DNA from: Nageia nagi
Lineage: Eukaryota > Plantae > Pinophyta
DNA: 64,000 nucleotides
Reading direction: 5' to 3'
Assembly (NCBI GenBank): GCA_050084985.1
Contig: JBITNC010000001.1
Location: 88,846,001-88,910,000 of the forward strand
The position numbers and the translations under genes were made by a program. The notes under the pieces are model-generated. The model searched no databases, was not told the origin of the DNA, and was given only the letters and a program-made list of their open reading frames with translations. How positions within the stretch are numbered: position 1 is the stretch's first letter; every line of letters begins with the position of its first letter. This document shows positions 14,001 to 26,000 of this stretch, one piece after another.

Positions 14001-14457
14001 CACCTCCTCTGCTTGATGACACATTTCATGAGATCTTCAAGGTAACTCACAAAGGCAACGCATTGGCTGCAAGTCTATAAATGTACTTATCATACTTATG
14101 AAACAACTGTACACCCCCAATATGGTTGTTCATTGGAGAATATTGGCTCCTTGTTTAAAAATCTTAAATGTTTGGAGAAACTGATCTGATTCAACCATTA
14201 AAGCAAATACTTAGATATTATATATTTGGATGCAGGAGTTTCCTGTCATAAATCAGTTGCGGAATCAGCTATTACTGAACTTGGGGAAATTGGAGGACAT
14301 TCAAGTCCTGGACAAGCCCAAAATTGCTCAGATTAATTCAGAATCCATCTCATCCAATGGTTTGAGTCCTCTGTGTCCAGTAAACATGAATAGAGAAAAT
14401 TGGCCATCACCAGCTTCTCCCAATTTCATTTCAACCCACCGTGGGAAGGAAAACTGA
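1955..14457 (+). CDS. CNOT9: CCR4-NOT subunit 9 (CNOT9/CAF40/RCD1 cell-differentiation family, ARM-repeat), divergent paralogue; 11 exons, 396 aa
   Basis: Exons 1955-2078, 2216-2370, 3592-3675, 3778-3867, 12347-12389, 12968-13074, 13192-13287, 13385-13495, 13594-13682, 13972-14041, 14236-14457. All introns are GT..AG with consistent phases; total 1191 nt with no internal stop. Family motifs: [76 protein letters not shown]. Start codon and exon 1 are less certain than the core. Confidence 0.9.
2216..2370 (+). CDS. CNOT9-like exon 2
   Basis: TGCAG acceptor; ...[17 protein letters not shown]; GAG|GTTTGT donor. Confidence 0.85.
3592..3675 (+). CDS. CNOT9-like exon 3
   Basis: TTGCAG|[28 protein letters not shown]|GTACC. 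Confidence 0.9.
3778..3867 (+). CDS. CNOT9-like exon 4
   Basis: Poly-T then GCAG|[30 protein letters not shown]|GTAACA. Confidence 0.9.
3973..4574 (-). repeat. 3' LTR of the intronic chromovirus
   Basis: Bounded by the inverted heptamers TGTTACA/TGTAACA; abuts the PPT at 4575-4587. 4045-4574 aligns to 9880-9904 + 10572-10632 + 11589-12052. Confidence 0.7.
9905..10571. mobile_element. Non-autonomous Mutator-like element (MULE-MITE)
   Basis: ~135-145-bp inverted termini (9905-10040 vs 10425-10571, G..C ends). 9-bp TSD TAAAACATA/TAAAAAATA (8/9). Three ~25-bp internal tandem repeats at 10217-10300. Confidence 0.8.
10633..11580. mobile_element. Non-autonomous hAT-like MITE
   Basis: Short imperfect TIRs CAAGGAGACAC / GTGTAACCTTG. 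GTCCCC-rich subtermini and an AT-rich core. Degenerate 8-bp TSD CTTATTTG/CTTTGTTG (6/8). Host LTR homology resumes on both sides. Confidence 0.7.
12347..12389 (+). CDS. CNOT9-like exon 5
   Basis: TTCAG|[14 protein letters not shown]|GTAAAG. Confidence 0.9.
12968..13074 (+). CDS. CNOT9-like exon 6
   Basis: ACAG|[36 protein letters not shown]|GTTCCA. Confidence 0.9.
13192..13287 (+). CDS. CNOT9-like exon 7
   Basis: AAG acceptor; [32 protein letters not shown]|GTATGT. Confidence 0.85.
13385..13495 (+). CDS. CNOT9-like exon 8
   Basis: GCAG|[37 protein letters not shown]|GTAAGT. Confidence 0.9.
13594..13682 (+). CDS. CNOT9-like exon 9
   Basis: GTAG|[29 protein letters not shown]|GTAATG. Confidence 0.9.
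13972..14041 (+). CDS. CNOT9-like exon 10
   Basis: TCAG|[24 protein letters not shown]|GTAACT. Confidence 0.9.
14236..14457 (+). CDS. CNOT9-like exon 11 (terminal)
   Basis: TGCAG|[21 protein letters not shown]...RGKEN, stop TGA at 14455-14457. Confidence 0.85.
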   Translation, partial: EFPVINQLRNQLLLNLGKLEDIQVLDKPKIAQINSESISSNGLSPLCPVNMNRENWPSPASPNFISTHRGKEN

Positions 14458-14962
14458 CTTGTTACATCTCGTTTTTGGTGGGCAATATGGTTCTGCAATC
14501 TGTTTCATGCAAGCAATGTATAATCATTAATGTATATTACTGTAAATGGCATAAGATTGGTAGAGCAATTAATTTTTTACTGGTTTATAATGTTGACCAA
14601 AGTTGACTATAAATCATAACCAGCTAAAATACTGGCCTTGCCCAACATAACTGTACAGTGTAATCTGCTACACTTCTGGACCTTGATTGAAGTTATCGAC
14701 TGTGCATTGTAATATGTTATGAAAAAGGCTTTGTAAAATGATAATTCAAGTCGAATGACCCTTCACATTCTGGGTACAATTTTCTTTCAACTTATTTTGT
14801 CGTGGATCTCTAATGATATGAGAAAAGCATGAATAAATTGCCACTAGATAGAACTTAAAACGTAAATTATCCAAAATAATTAATATGATATTGACAAATG
14901 TCAAATGGAGATACAAGATAAAGAATATTGACTGATTAAATATTAGTAGTGTATGTTATGGA

Positions 14963-17190
14963 ATTTTTTTTGAATGAAAAAGCTAAATATATTAAAAAAA
15001 TATAAATGCTTTTACATACAAAAAAAGTGGATGGATAAAGTACACCTTAGGAGTTAGTCACACAAATTCAAATGGACTAGGAGGATCAAAAAATATTGAG
15101 GCATGAGGTTAACAAAACATCAAAAATAAAGCCAGCTAGCTAGACAATCATTCATTCATTGAAATTGGTGGGAGTAATGTGGAGGGTCCTTGTTTTAAGC
15201 GAAGTACTCCCAGCCATCATTAGGTGGGATAAGAATGCTACCCATCATTGGCATTGCTACCAAAACTATTACCTCCAATGTTGTTACCAAAGCCACTACC
15301 ACCAAGGCTATTATTACCCATTACAACATGATCATTACTATCATTGGAGGTAAGATTGCACCATCCTCCCCCCAGCCAACTACCAATTCAAAAATAGTCG
15401 GACCTGAAGATTCCAACACTAGAGGGGCGGGAAGAGCTAGCACCATTGGTTTGTTTTTAAAAGGGGGTTAAGACCAATGTGTTTTTGCATAATTAGTTGG
15501 AGGGCGTAGGAGCAATCATCTTCTTGAACAAGATCTATAAGGACCTTGAGACCTAGAATGCTCTCGCAAAGATGAATTCGGAGAGACCCAACTTATAGTA
15601 TAGGGTGCATTACCCCAAAGGTCCAAGAGACTGTGGAGATTTTGGATCTCCGTATTCACTTTATCCACTTGCATAGAAATTTGCAACCATGAATCATAAA
15701 AAACTTCATATTTTTTAGCTAGTGAAAAAACAATATGGGTATCATGTTGAGAAAATACAACTACTAGTTTTCCATAGATGATAAAAAATGTCAATTCCAA
15801 AGATGTTTCAGATTTCAATCAAAGGCTCAAAAAACTCAAGAGGATCCCCAAGGAGAAGATGCACCTAGGAAAGGAGATAGGCATGAAAGGCCTAGAGAAG
15901 GTTTCAATCCAATCCCAAGCAGATTGAGCTTTGTACTAAAACAAATGAAGAACAACTTCATACTCCTCACAAAAACAACAGGTAAAGAATGCCCATATAT
16001 TTAAGCAGTTTTCCAATAGGAAGTCCTTGATGAAGTAAACTCCAAGCAAGGAAAGCTTGCTTTGGCTCTATGTAAGATGTTGAGACCATCTTAAAATGAA
16101 GACTCCACCTAGAAAGAGGAGAAATGAGGTATGAACAATCATTAAGCTTATAAGCCATGGGCAAATGAGGAGAAAGCCAAGAATATCCCAAGTGAGCTTT
16201 GTATTGAAGCAAGGGAACATTCTTGGGCCAATTCCAATCAGAACAACACAGTTTCTGAAAATATCTAGCAAATTTTGGCCATAAGGAAAAATGAATATTG
16301 TCAAACAGCACATCATAAGTATATTTATCATAAGATTTCAAGTTGTGAAGTTTATTGAAAGATTCCTGAGGAATCCAATCCTTGGCTTGGAAAGAGAAAA
16401 AAATGAACTTATCGTAATTCTTTTCCTAAAGACACGTTGAGCATGGATCCATTGAATTTTAGCAAGGGGAAGGCCTTGAAAAGTAATAATAGGTGACCAC
16501 CAAACATTGATAGAGGAGATGGAAGCCTCTTTTTGGCATCCTTCTCCCTTCCAATAGAGCCAAGGTTTGAAAGCTTCCCAAGCTCGTTAGATGCTCTAAA
16601 TAACAAAGGAACCTTTTATTTTGATAAGGACAAGAGCATTAAGAACAACTTGAAGGCTTAGGCCTTTCCAAAAGGAAGGCCTATGGAAATATAGTGGCAA
16701 ATAAGAATTTTCCAATCCTTCGACCCCTTAAGAGCTCTAATAACCCACTTTGCACATAAGGCATTACATTGACATCGGCAATCAAAAAAGCCCATTTTGC
16801 CAAATTGCTTTGGAAGACAATAAATGTCCAAACAACTCAATGAAATCCTTTCTTTTTTAAAACATTGGCCCATAAAAAATCTCTCAATAACTTTTCTAGC
16901 TTTCTATAGCAGGTTTTTGAAGGAACTTGACAAGAGGAGTATACATATGCATAGTGGCTAAGGTCTTAAAACAATTATGGAATTTTTTTGCTAAAGAAAT
17001 CTTCTTGGTAATCCAATAAGAAAGTTTTTTCTCCACTTTTTGAATTATAGAATCCTAGAGTTGAGCAGAGGAACTCAGGAAGACAAAAAAAATTCAAAGA
17101 ATTTAAGGTTGAATCCAATGTCATTGATATTGACAAAACCAATTAGGAAGGGGTTTCAAGGCTTGATCATAGTTGATCCTTTTTGGTATT
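14963..17190 (-). mobile_element. 5'-truncated, decayed L1-clade LINE (ORF2 C-terminus and 3' end)
   Basis: CLPKQFGKMGFFD...NALCAKWVIRAL and zf-RVT-like KQAFLAWSLLHQGLPIG. T8 run at ~14963 corresponds to the poly(A) tail. Confidence 0.75.
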
Positions 17191-17895
17191 AGAAATATAT
17201 ACAATATATTGAGTTGGTACATTCCATTATCATGTATTATACAATTATAAACTAACAAAGATCATCTTATGTTGTCTCTAGTTGCTCAACAAACTTGTCT
17301 ATCCCATCAACATTTTAAAAGAGGTTGGCTAAAAAACTCTAATAAATGGCTTAATTTTTAGGGAATACAAAATAATATAACCCTTCAAAAAATGATAAAT
17401 TAAAATTGCAAATAATGTAATTCAAAAATTTTGGAGCAATGATAATATAAAAATAATGAAACTAGCTTACTATAAAAACATCATTAATCCAAAACTTGAA
17501 CATCCATCTTATCCATATAATATTATTAGTCTCAAAAAGAAATTTATGATTGCAAAATTAAGAACTAATTCACGTGATTTGTATAGTGAAAATGGCATAT
17601 GGAAAATATCTAAAACACCTTGGCATAAAAGAATTTGTAAGCTTTGTAACCTAAATGCCATAGAAGATGAGACTTCTCTTTTTTTGTCCATTTTACAAAA
17701 AAATTAGAGAAACCTACAAGGATATTTGTAACAAAGATAACCAAAATAAGCTTGACAATTCTATCATATATCATAATTTTTTTAGAAACAAATATTCAAA
17801 TACATAATTGATATATATTTATATCTAGACAAACTTTGATAGGTCCTACAAACCAATAGGTTTAAAAGGACATTGAAATGATTATCTTATCTTAT
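17190..17895 (+). mobile_element. 3' fragment of an RTEX-like LINE
   Basis: KLAYYK...IAKLRTNSRDLYSENGIWK..KTPWHKRICKLCNLNAIEDE (C-terminal Zn-finger region). Ends in a short TTATC tandem tail. Confidence 0.65.
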
Positions 17896-19850
17896 TGTTA
17901 CTATTTGATATGGTCCAATCCTTTAATAACAACTTATTATGATTTCTCATATTATATCATAAACCATGATTAAGCTGCAATCAAACATACCTTTGTAGTT
18001 TTCTCTTATGTCTTTGTAGAGTGGGAAAAAAGAGAAAATGAGTCTTATCTTCTATGACATTTAGGTTACAAGATTTATAAATTATTTTATCCCAAGGTGT
18101 TTTTGATACTATCGATCTATCAATTTCACTATGGATTTCATGTGAATGAGTTCTTCATTTTGTAATCGCAAGTTTCTTTTTGAAACTAATAATCTTATGT
18201 GGATATGAAGGATGTTCAAGTTTTGGATTAATAATATTTTTATAGTAACAAAGTTTTCTTTTATCTTTGATATTGTCATCATAACAAAAAAATTGAATTA
18301 CTTTATTTTCAATTTGCATTTCTAACTTATCTCTATTAGAGGGGTTGATGTTGTTATGCAAACCCCAAAAATCATTCCATTTATAGAAGTCTTTCAGCCA
18401 ATCTCTTTTAAAATGTTAATGAGTTAGGCAAGTTTGTTGGGTGACTACAAGTAATCTAAGGTGATCTACCTTTGAAAGCTTATAAGTGTATAACATATAT
18501 CATTTTAAAGCCTCACTTCCAATGGGAAGTAAACAATCTTCCATGATAAGTATAAGGTATTTTATTCTTAATTTTGAAGTTATAAAGGATAATTATTTTT
18601 TGAATTTGCTCAATTTTATTCCTAATTTTATCAAGAAATACTTCCACCCCAAACTTCACAACCATAAAGTAATACCAAAATTACAAAATAGGAGATAAGT
18701 GTTTTCTTTTATCTCAATTCCAAAGTCCTACATCTTTACATTTATTTTCCAAGCCATATAAGGATTTCCACCTCAAAAACTTTCTATTTTCAACACTTAA
18801 ATTCCAATTTAGTTTATGATTTATGTCAATACCTAAGTATTTGTAAGAGTGAGCCATATCTAAGGGTTGATTATTAAAGAGGATTGTAGGGTGGGCTATC
18901 TTTCTAGATTTAATGATCATAATTTTGGTTTTATCTCCATTAACTATTAATGTGGATATACTGCAGAATGTTTGAAGGATATTTAATTGTTTAACAATAT
19001 CATCATAATGTCTAGCTAATAAGACAATATCATCTGTATGAAAGAGAACATTAACGAGGTTATGAAGGTTGGTACCTGTACATATAGATTCTTTGAAAAA
19101 TCATTCTAGTTGATCTATGTAAATACCAAATAGACCAAGGGAAACTAGGTAACCTTGTTTAACTTCAATGTTATAACTAATTTCTTCATACCATCCTTGA
19201 TTAGTTTTAAGTTTGGCAGTAACTTGTTCATAAATTCTATAAATAACCAATATTAGTTCAAGAGGTAAATCTACTTTATCATTTTGTTAATTTTCAATAA
19301 TAACTCAAAAAGTGAAGATGTGATCAATTGTTGAATGTGTGCTTCTAAAATCAACTTGTTCTTTAGCTCTTAAGTTATTAACATAAGTCAACTACTAATT
19401 TTTTTCTATAATACTATCGTATATTTTGGTATGTAGATGACTTATCATAATAGTTCTATAATTTTGCAGGTTGTATTTATCTCCAAATTTGTAAATAGGA
19501 ACGAATGAGCTAACAATCCATTGCTTAAAAAATCCTTCTTTAAGAGAAGTGTTGAAAATGGTTTGGATATGGAGAGTGAGGATAGAGCCAACAATATTCA
19601 AAAATTCTTCTTGATATATTTTTATGTATTTGGCCTTCTGATTTGATAATCTTTTAATTCCCTCCTTAATATTATTTAAACAAAAAACTTTCTTTTAGTT
19701 GAAAGGTGCTAACTCTTGAAAAGATTCTTCTAAATTTAGAGAGGAGCTACATAGTTTTTGGAGATAGAAATTTTAAATGTTTAAGTCAAATTGAGGTTCA
19801 AATGCCATTTTTAGAGGTATAATTATTTTCCAAAGCTATTTTTTATTAAA
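17896..19850 (-). mobile_element. Decayed RTEX-like LINE with an RT domain, related to 17190-17895
   Basis: VPIYKFGDKYNLQNYRTIMI, VKQGYLVSLGLFGIYIDQLE, LFHTDDIVLLA, SYKYLGIDI. C-terminus (YYKNIINPKLEHPSYP) shared with the plus-strand copy. Confidence 0.75.
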
Positions 19851-19859
19851 TATTTACAT

Positions 19860-22800
19860 TTTGTTTCTAATAGGTAAATTATACTAACAAAAAAGATGGT
19901 ACGTTGTTGTTGGATCCCTAAAACTAGTCACAATATAGTTTCTACTGAAACTGACTACCCAACTATACCTATAAGTAGCTATATGTCATTGAACCAACAA
20001 CCAAAACACAACTAAAATAATTTTCATTACATATTTCCAATTCAACACCTAAAATAGAAAAAATAGATATCTAATTTACTCCCTATTACTACTAAGCATA
20101 CTAGCTAGTAGGTAGTATAGAACTACTCTATGTTGTTTCTTCATAGCTTCCTTTTGATGCTCTTTTGCTTCTACTCCACATGTCTTGTCACTTCCTTTTC
20201 AATCCTTCATCCCTTTTTCCTAATGAACATAAAGAATTGCTCCTCTTTTGGATTTGGAGGTGCTTGACTCATGGTGGAATACAAGGTTTCATCCTTGACC
20301 CATGCAATAGGGCAGGCTTCAATAATATCCTTCTCCACCATTTATTCTAGGGTGATAACTACTTTGTTAGGTATAGGTATGATGTGTATACCATTTTTTA
20401 CTTTGTTGAGTATCTTAGAAAACACTCAATATGGGATGGTATGTTTCTAATCTTTGAATTTACTAATCGGGTCTTCTATCGTGGTTTATGGTACTTTTTC
20501 TTTTTTCACCCCTTTTCCCTTCTTTTGATTATGTTCCTTCCCTCACTACCATAGGGAGGTGCTTTCTTCCAATGTGGGTGATGCTTCAGTAGGAGGGGTC
20601 TTCTCTTTTGGTCCCTAACTTCTTTCATGGGGGCCAACATATCTACAATAATTCCTTCTTACCATATAGGGGATGCAGTCAATTGCATTTTAGCTTCGTT
20701 TATGGTTAGCTCAATTGATTCATCAACCACTAGGGTACTTACCTCTCCCAATTTTTCCTCTCTCACATCATCCATAACATCAATGGGAAGTTTAGGTGGA
20801 GGGTTCTAGGTATTACCTTTATGTATGAATTCCCTTGTCTGCATTTGACATACTCACAATGCAATTGAGCCTCTACTCTAGGGAGGTTTATGCTTCTTGC
20901 TTGGAGGGTGTATTCAACTTAGTCATACTTAGTATTTCCTTTCTGCACACCTCCATTCTTTTCTTGACCTTATTTCTCTTTTTTTTCTTTTTTTTTAGTT
21001 GTCTAAGGTGTAGGATTTTGATTTCTCCAATAAGACCTTCTAATACATTTAGGTGATTAACGCCTGGTGTCACACCTCATCCTCTTCCTCACTCTTCACC
21101 TTCTCGACCTAGGTTTTGATAGAGTCAGTAAGGAAGAAGGGTATGCACAATTTGAAGTTTCCCCCTATCGAAAATGGCTCAATAAAACTAGGTGAGGTCT
21201 ACAAATATCCTATTATCATTCATCTAAGGTGAAGTATTTGATCACCCAGTATGCCATTTATTCCAAGTTTCTACCAACACCTTCCTATCCATACGAGTTT
21301 TGGAATTCACCATGGTCTCATTAGGGCCATAAAAATTCTCAATTTCTTGGTCCATCACCTTAGTATTTCTTTTGAAAAACCTCCCATGCAAGCTCATCTT
21401 GTGAGCAATAGTTATCGATTCTTTAGATAGGTACACCTTCATAAATCCAACCAAGGTGAAGCTTCCTCTCCACTCCTTAACTACCTTATTAGATACACTT
21501 GGGTTAAAACCCTTGCAATGTCATAAGAAATGTTTCACTCTATCCTTCTTGAAAATATTTCAATAAATCCTATCTCATATAAGTTCTTCATGGCTACTTA
21601 TCTTTGTTCTATACATGTTTACCATTGCATGGAGACTCTGCATTTCTCTCCCACTCATGAAGGCTAATATTAAGGGATGATGGATATAAAATATGTCACC
21701 TTTAATTTTTTCATGCCAAGATATCTTTTCATGAGTTAGATTCATTAGAGGAGGTGGTGGTGTTGTTGATATGATATTTTAATGTACCCCTCGATCTCCT
21801 CTAATGATGCATTGGTGATTACCATCATCATCCACTAACCATCATTCTTTGTGTCACATCCAACATGGCTTCTAGATGAGACTCTAAGTAGAGTAAGTGG
21901 ATGAAAAATGCTAACTTAGTATCATCGATGGGACCACCTTTATATATCCATGAATTTTCTTAATAAGGAGAGAAAGGTAGATTTGTAGTGTCTTAGCTAC
22001 CATTAGGTTGTGTTCCTCAAATATGTGATAATTCATTTATTTCCAAATAGCCCATAGCACACATAGTATGACCATAGCACATACCCTATTAGTTTTCTCT
22101 TGATTCCATGGTATCCACCATTACTTTATGATCTTTTTTGCAGTTTTTGGTTTGGTCCATTAGAATTGGAATGTGTTTGTTTCCATGTCCCATAGCTCAC
22201 TTGGGAAGTTGCACTGGAAAAGCAAGTGATCAATTGCTTCTTCCTCCTTCTTACACATAATGCATCTATTTGTAAACTTTCCTCCTTTTTTTGAGATTTT
22301 CATATGTGCGTATTATATTTAGTGAGGCCACCCAACAAAAGCATGATACTTTTAGAATTAGTACTTTAGTCTATACCTTTTCCCATAATAACTTTCTCCC
22401 ATCTATTTCATTAATATTTAGGTAATTATATCCAATTTTATTTGAGTATGATTTTTCCTTTCCTTTTTCATCTATCTAGAGTATTTCACATTTTTTTCTA
22501 TGTGGAATAACTTCATCTTAACTAATATTTTCCTTAATTTCTCCACTTGTTCTATAGTTCTTGGATCTAGGTATGGAGGGAGGTACCATTCCATTTCATC
22601 TCTTCTTCTTCATAGGTAGACAACTACTTTGGTTACTATGGATAACTTTTTTAAATTCATCACCTATTATATATTTTCTTCTTGAGCAAGGGGAGTTACT
22701 CCCAACCACCTTTCTTCCCAAAATAGAGTTGGTTTCTCATTACTAACTTTCCATAGGGACCTATGTTGAAGTGTATCCTAAACGTCCATCATACCATTCC

Positions 22801-23020
22801 AAATCGTAAATCATTTAAGGGGATTTCTTATGGTTATCAAGTTTTTCTCCACTTAGAGGTACTTCTATTTGTATATTTTAATCCATTCCTTTTCTTTTCC
22901 TTCGCATAGTCTCCATGCTAGTTTTATTCTCATTACCTAGTTGACTAGCTTAATCTATCTTATTCCCAATCCTCCTGATTTTTTCCCACAAACTTTGGTC
23001 TAGGAAATAAGAGAAATCAT
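19860..23020 (-). mobile_element. Decayed L1-clade LINE 3' portion followed by an extra degenerate ORF
   Basis: GGLGIR...KLAWRL (~22950) and CIMCKKEEEAIDHLLFQCNF (~22210-22265). A further coding-like tract on the same strand at ~21700-20150. Confidence 0.65.
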
Positions 23021-26000
23021 ACTTATTACTTATATAGTACCTATCTAGATGAATTCAGAACAAATATGAAAAACTTTATAGTAAAGTTATAAGGATTTTA
23101 TTCCATGTGCATGTAATAGGGAGTCTTATAACCTACTACATAGGAAACCCTGGTCAACCTCTACCAACACCTCATGTTTTACCATTTCCTTTATTACCCC
23201 TCCACATGGGCTTAGTTTCCTCTCTTTAGCTTGTGGAATTGGAATGCCTAACCTCCCAAAAGGAGTCCAAGATACCTTACCACTACACCAACACCTCATG
23301 ACTTTATATTTACACATATTTATAAGATTTTATTTAACTAATTTATAAATAATATTCTCTTATATTTATCTAAAATTTTATATTATTTTTATTTTATGTT
23401 GTTTATCTATATTATTTATAGCAATTTTAATATTTTCCTAGCAATTTTGCATTCTATATCATACCATTTATTTATTTTTCTATTATTACTTATTCTATTA
23501 ACTCTTCTTTCAATGGCCTCCCTTTTATGTACCCATTTGATCAAGGAGTTTGTAGCCACCATAATGTGTCTATTTCTAGTACTTATTGTAGGAAGGAAGG
23601 ATCCTACAATATTAATCCACCATTTCTCAAATGATCCTAAGAAAATAGTATAGCATAATGATGCTAATGAAGTCATATGATTTCCATAGGATTAATAAAT
23701 ATTGCATATTTTACAATAGATAGAATAATTATTTGAAAGGAGTGGGCTAGTATTAATCTACATTCGATATATGTATGTTTGTATGTATGCATGATTATTT
23801 TAATAAAAATAAGATGTGAAATAAAATCATCAGGCTTATTTTGAATAAATATATATTAATTATGTATTTAAATGATTGTTTCTACCTAGGTATAAATATT
23901 TGCATGTAATGTCAATCTTCATATTTAAATATGTAGGCAATATACATCTTAAATGCTCCTTGTGGTATCTACATTTTTATCCCTTTTATGTTATGTTATG
24001 GTACAAAATGCAGTGCAAAAATATAATTGCAAACATTTGATATGGTGATGATTAGATATGGGTTTAAGATGATGATTGGCCTCTAAGTTGCCTCAAGCAT
24101 GGATGATGATGATTTCATAAGTTTTATTCCCCCTCATGACATAAGTTAATGGGGGAAATAAGTGATTGCATAAATAAGTCTCTTTATAAAGATATGAGAG
24201 TAATGTGATATATGAGAGTAGAATTGTAATGGACTAAATATAGTGTTAGATAGATCAATTAGGAGTATAAGGAATTTCTACAAATAATGTGTACAAAATA
24301 AATGATGTGCTTAAGATAACAATGGACATGATTAAGTGGCTCAATTATCATGATATGCCATGAATATAATGATGTGAAAGCTTAATTTATAATAATGATG
24401 AGGATTGAATTGATGCTTTACTTTTGCCTTAGTATACTAGAGTAAAATATTGTTAGTACAAATTTTATCTGAAATTGCTTTCTTCAAATTGGATAAAACA
24501 TATTACTCTTGTTCAATATGTAATGAAGCATAAAGTGAATGGTAGGAAAAGGTTCAAAATCAGTATCATGATGAAGGAAAGATATTGAGTTGATTTAGAA
24601 TTGAGTTAGAAATTTTTTTATGCGGATTGGATGACTAAGCATGTTTATGACATGCTCCTACTTTAATGATGTTATAGATAGTTTAGAATGTATATGAAAA
24701 ACTTCATAATGAAATGATGCATGGAAAGAGGATATGGCTGAATACATAGGAATATTGCCTCAACTCAAAATACTAAAATAGTCAATTTTCCAATGGGATT
24801 TGGACTCATCAATCTTCCTCATATCATAATTGGGATTACATGAAAATGTGACCTCACTTATCTACTTTTGAGGGATTGATACACCTTTGGATTTACTTTA
24901 TGTAATATTTTGATTATGTTTCCTCTCTTGGTTGATTTTTCAAGGTCATATTTCTATTAGACTACTTGTAGTTCTATATTTTAACCTTGGTTTGTGATTT
25001 GGTGTTTTGGCATTGGCTCTATTTTTGGATAATACTTTTTTTACTTAGATGGTGGAAAGAGAGATATTTAATTTGTTAGATATTTTTAAATAAATGTGTA
25101 TGGATAAAGAATATAACCTTTCCCATTCTACATTTTAATTTTTTGAGAAATTATTTATTGGATAAAGGATATTCTTCTATTTCTTAGTTTTTCTTTTTCT
25201 TTTTTCTATTTTTCTAAAAAACTTGAAGAGAAAGAATTTTGGTATTTGATGTCTTTATCATCTCTATGAAGTATGTAGATAAAGAGATATAATATTTTTT
25301 GCACTTAGTGTAACATTTTTCTTATTGATATATAACTTTGAGGTGCTTGGGAAAAAGAATTGTGGCTTTTTTATACATCTAAATACTTTCATGCTTTCGA
25401 AATGTCACTTCCCCTATGATAGGTTAATTATGACATAATAAATACCTAACATTTATCATGATCAAGTTTGGAATTTAGAGTTTTAGGCTCCCAAGGAAAG
25501 TCACCAGGGTAAATTTAACAAAATCCCATGAAATAAAATTATAAATTCATGATGCACTAGGCCCTTGCCTTATAGAAAATTCAGCAAAATAGAACAAAAC
25601 ATGTGTGTTCTATTTGGCGATATATTTTATGAAGCAAGGAAAACATGGCTATTAGAGGCTAATTAAAAAAAAAAGTGTAAATTATAGCTAAATATAATAA
25701 TTAACAAATCATATTTTTATTTAATATAATTGCTTACAATGTACAATAGAATCATGAAAACTATGTATCTAGTGTTTGAAGAAGAATTAAATAAAATTGT
25801 GAATAATTAATATGATATCAATGATTCTTTAAATTGCTCATATTTACCTTTCGAGCAATCTATGGAGAGGGACTAAAGAAGTACCATACTCTACTTTGAA
25901 GACATCATTTAAAATGATTTTGAAAAAGCATAAACACCACTTGACTTATTCAGAAATTTCCACAATATGCCACTATGCTTGACTCCATATTTGTGAAACT

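Noticed and set aside
15159-15471. His/Tyr/Thr-rich plus-strand ORFs
   Set aside because: Low-complexity antisense readings of the LINE 3' region.
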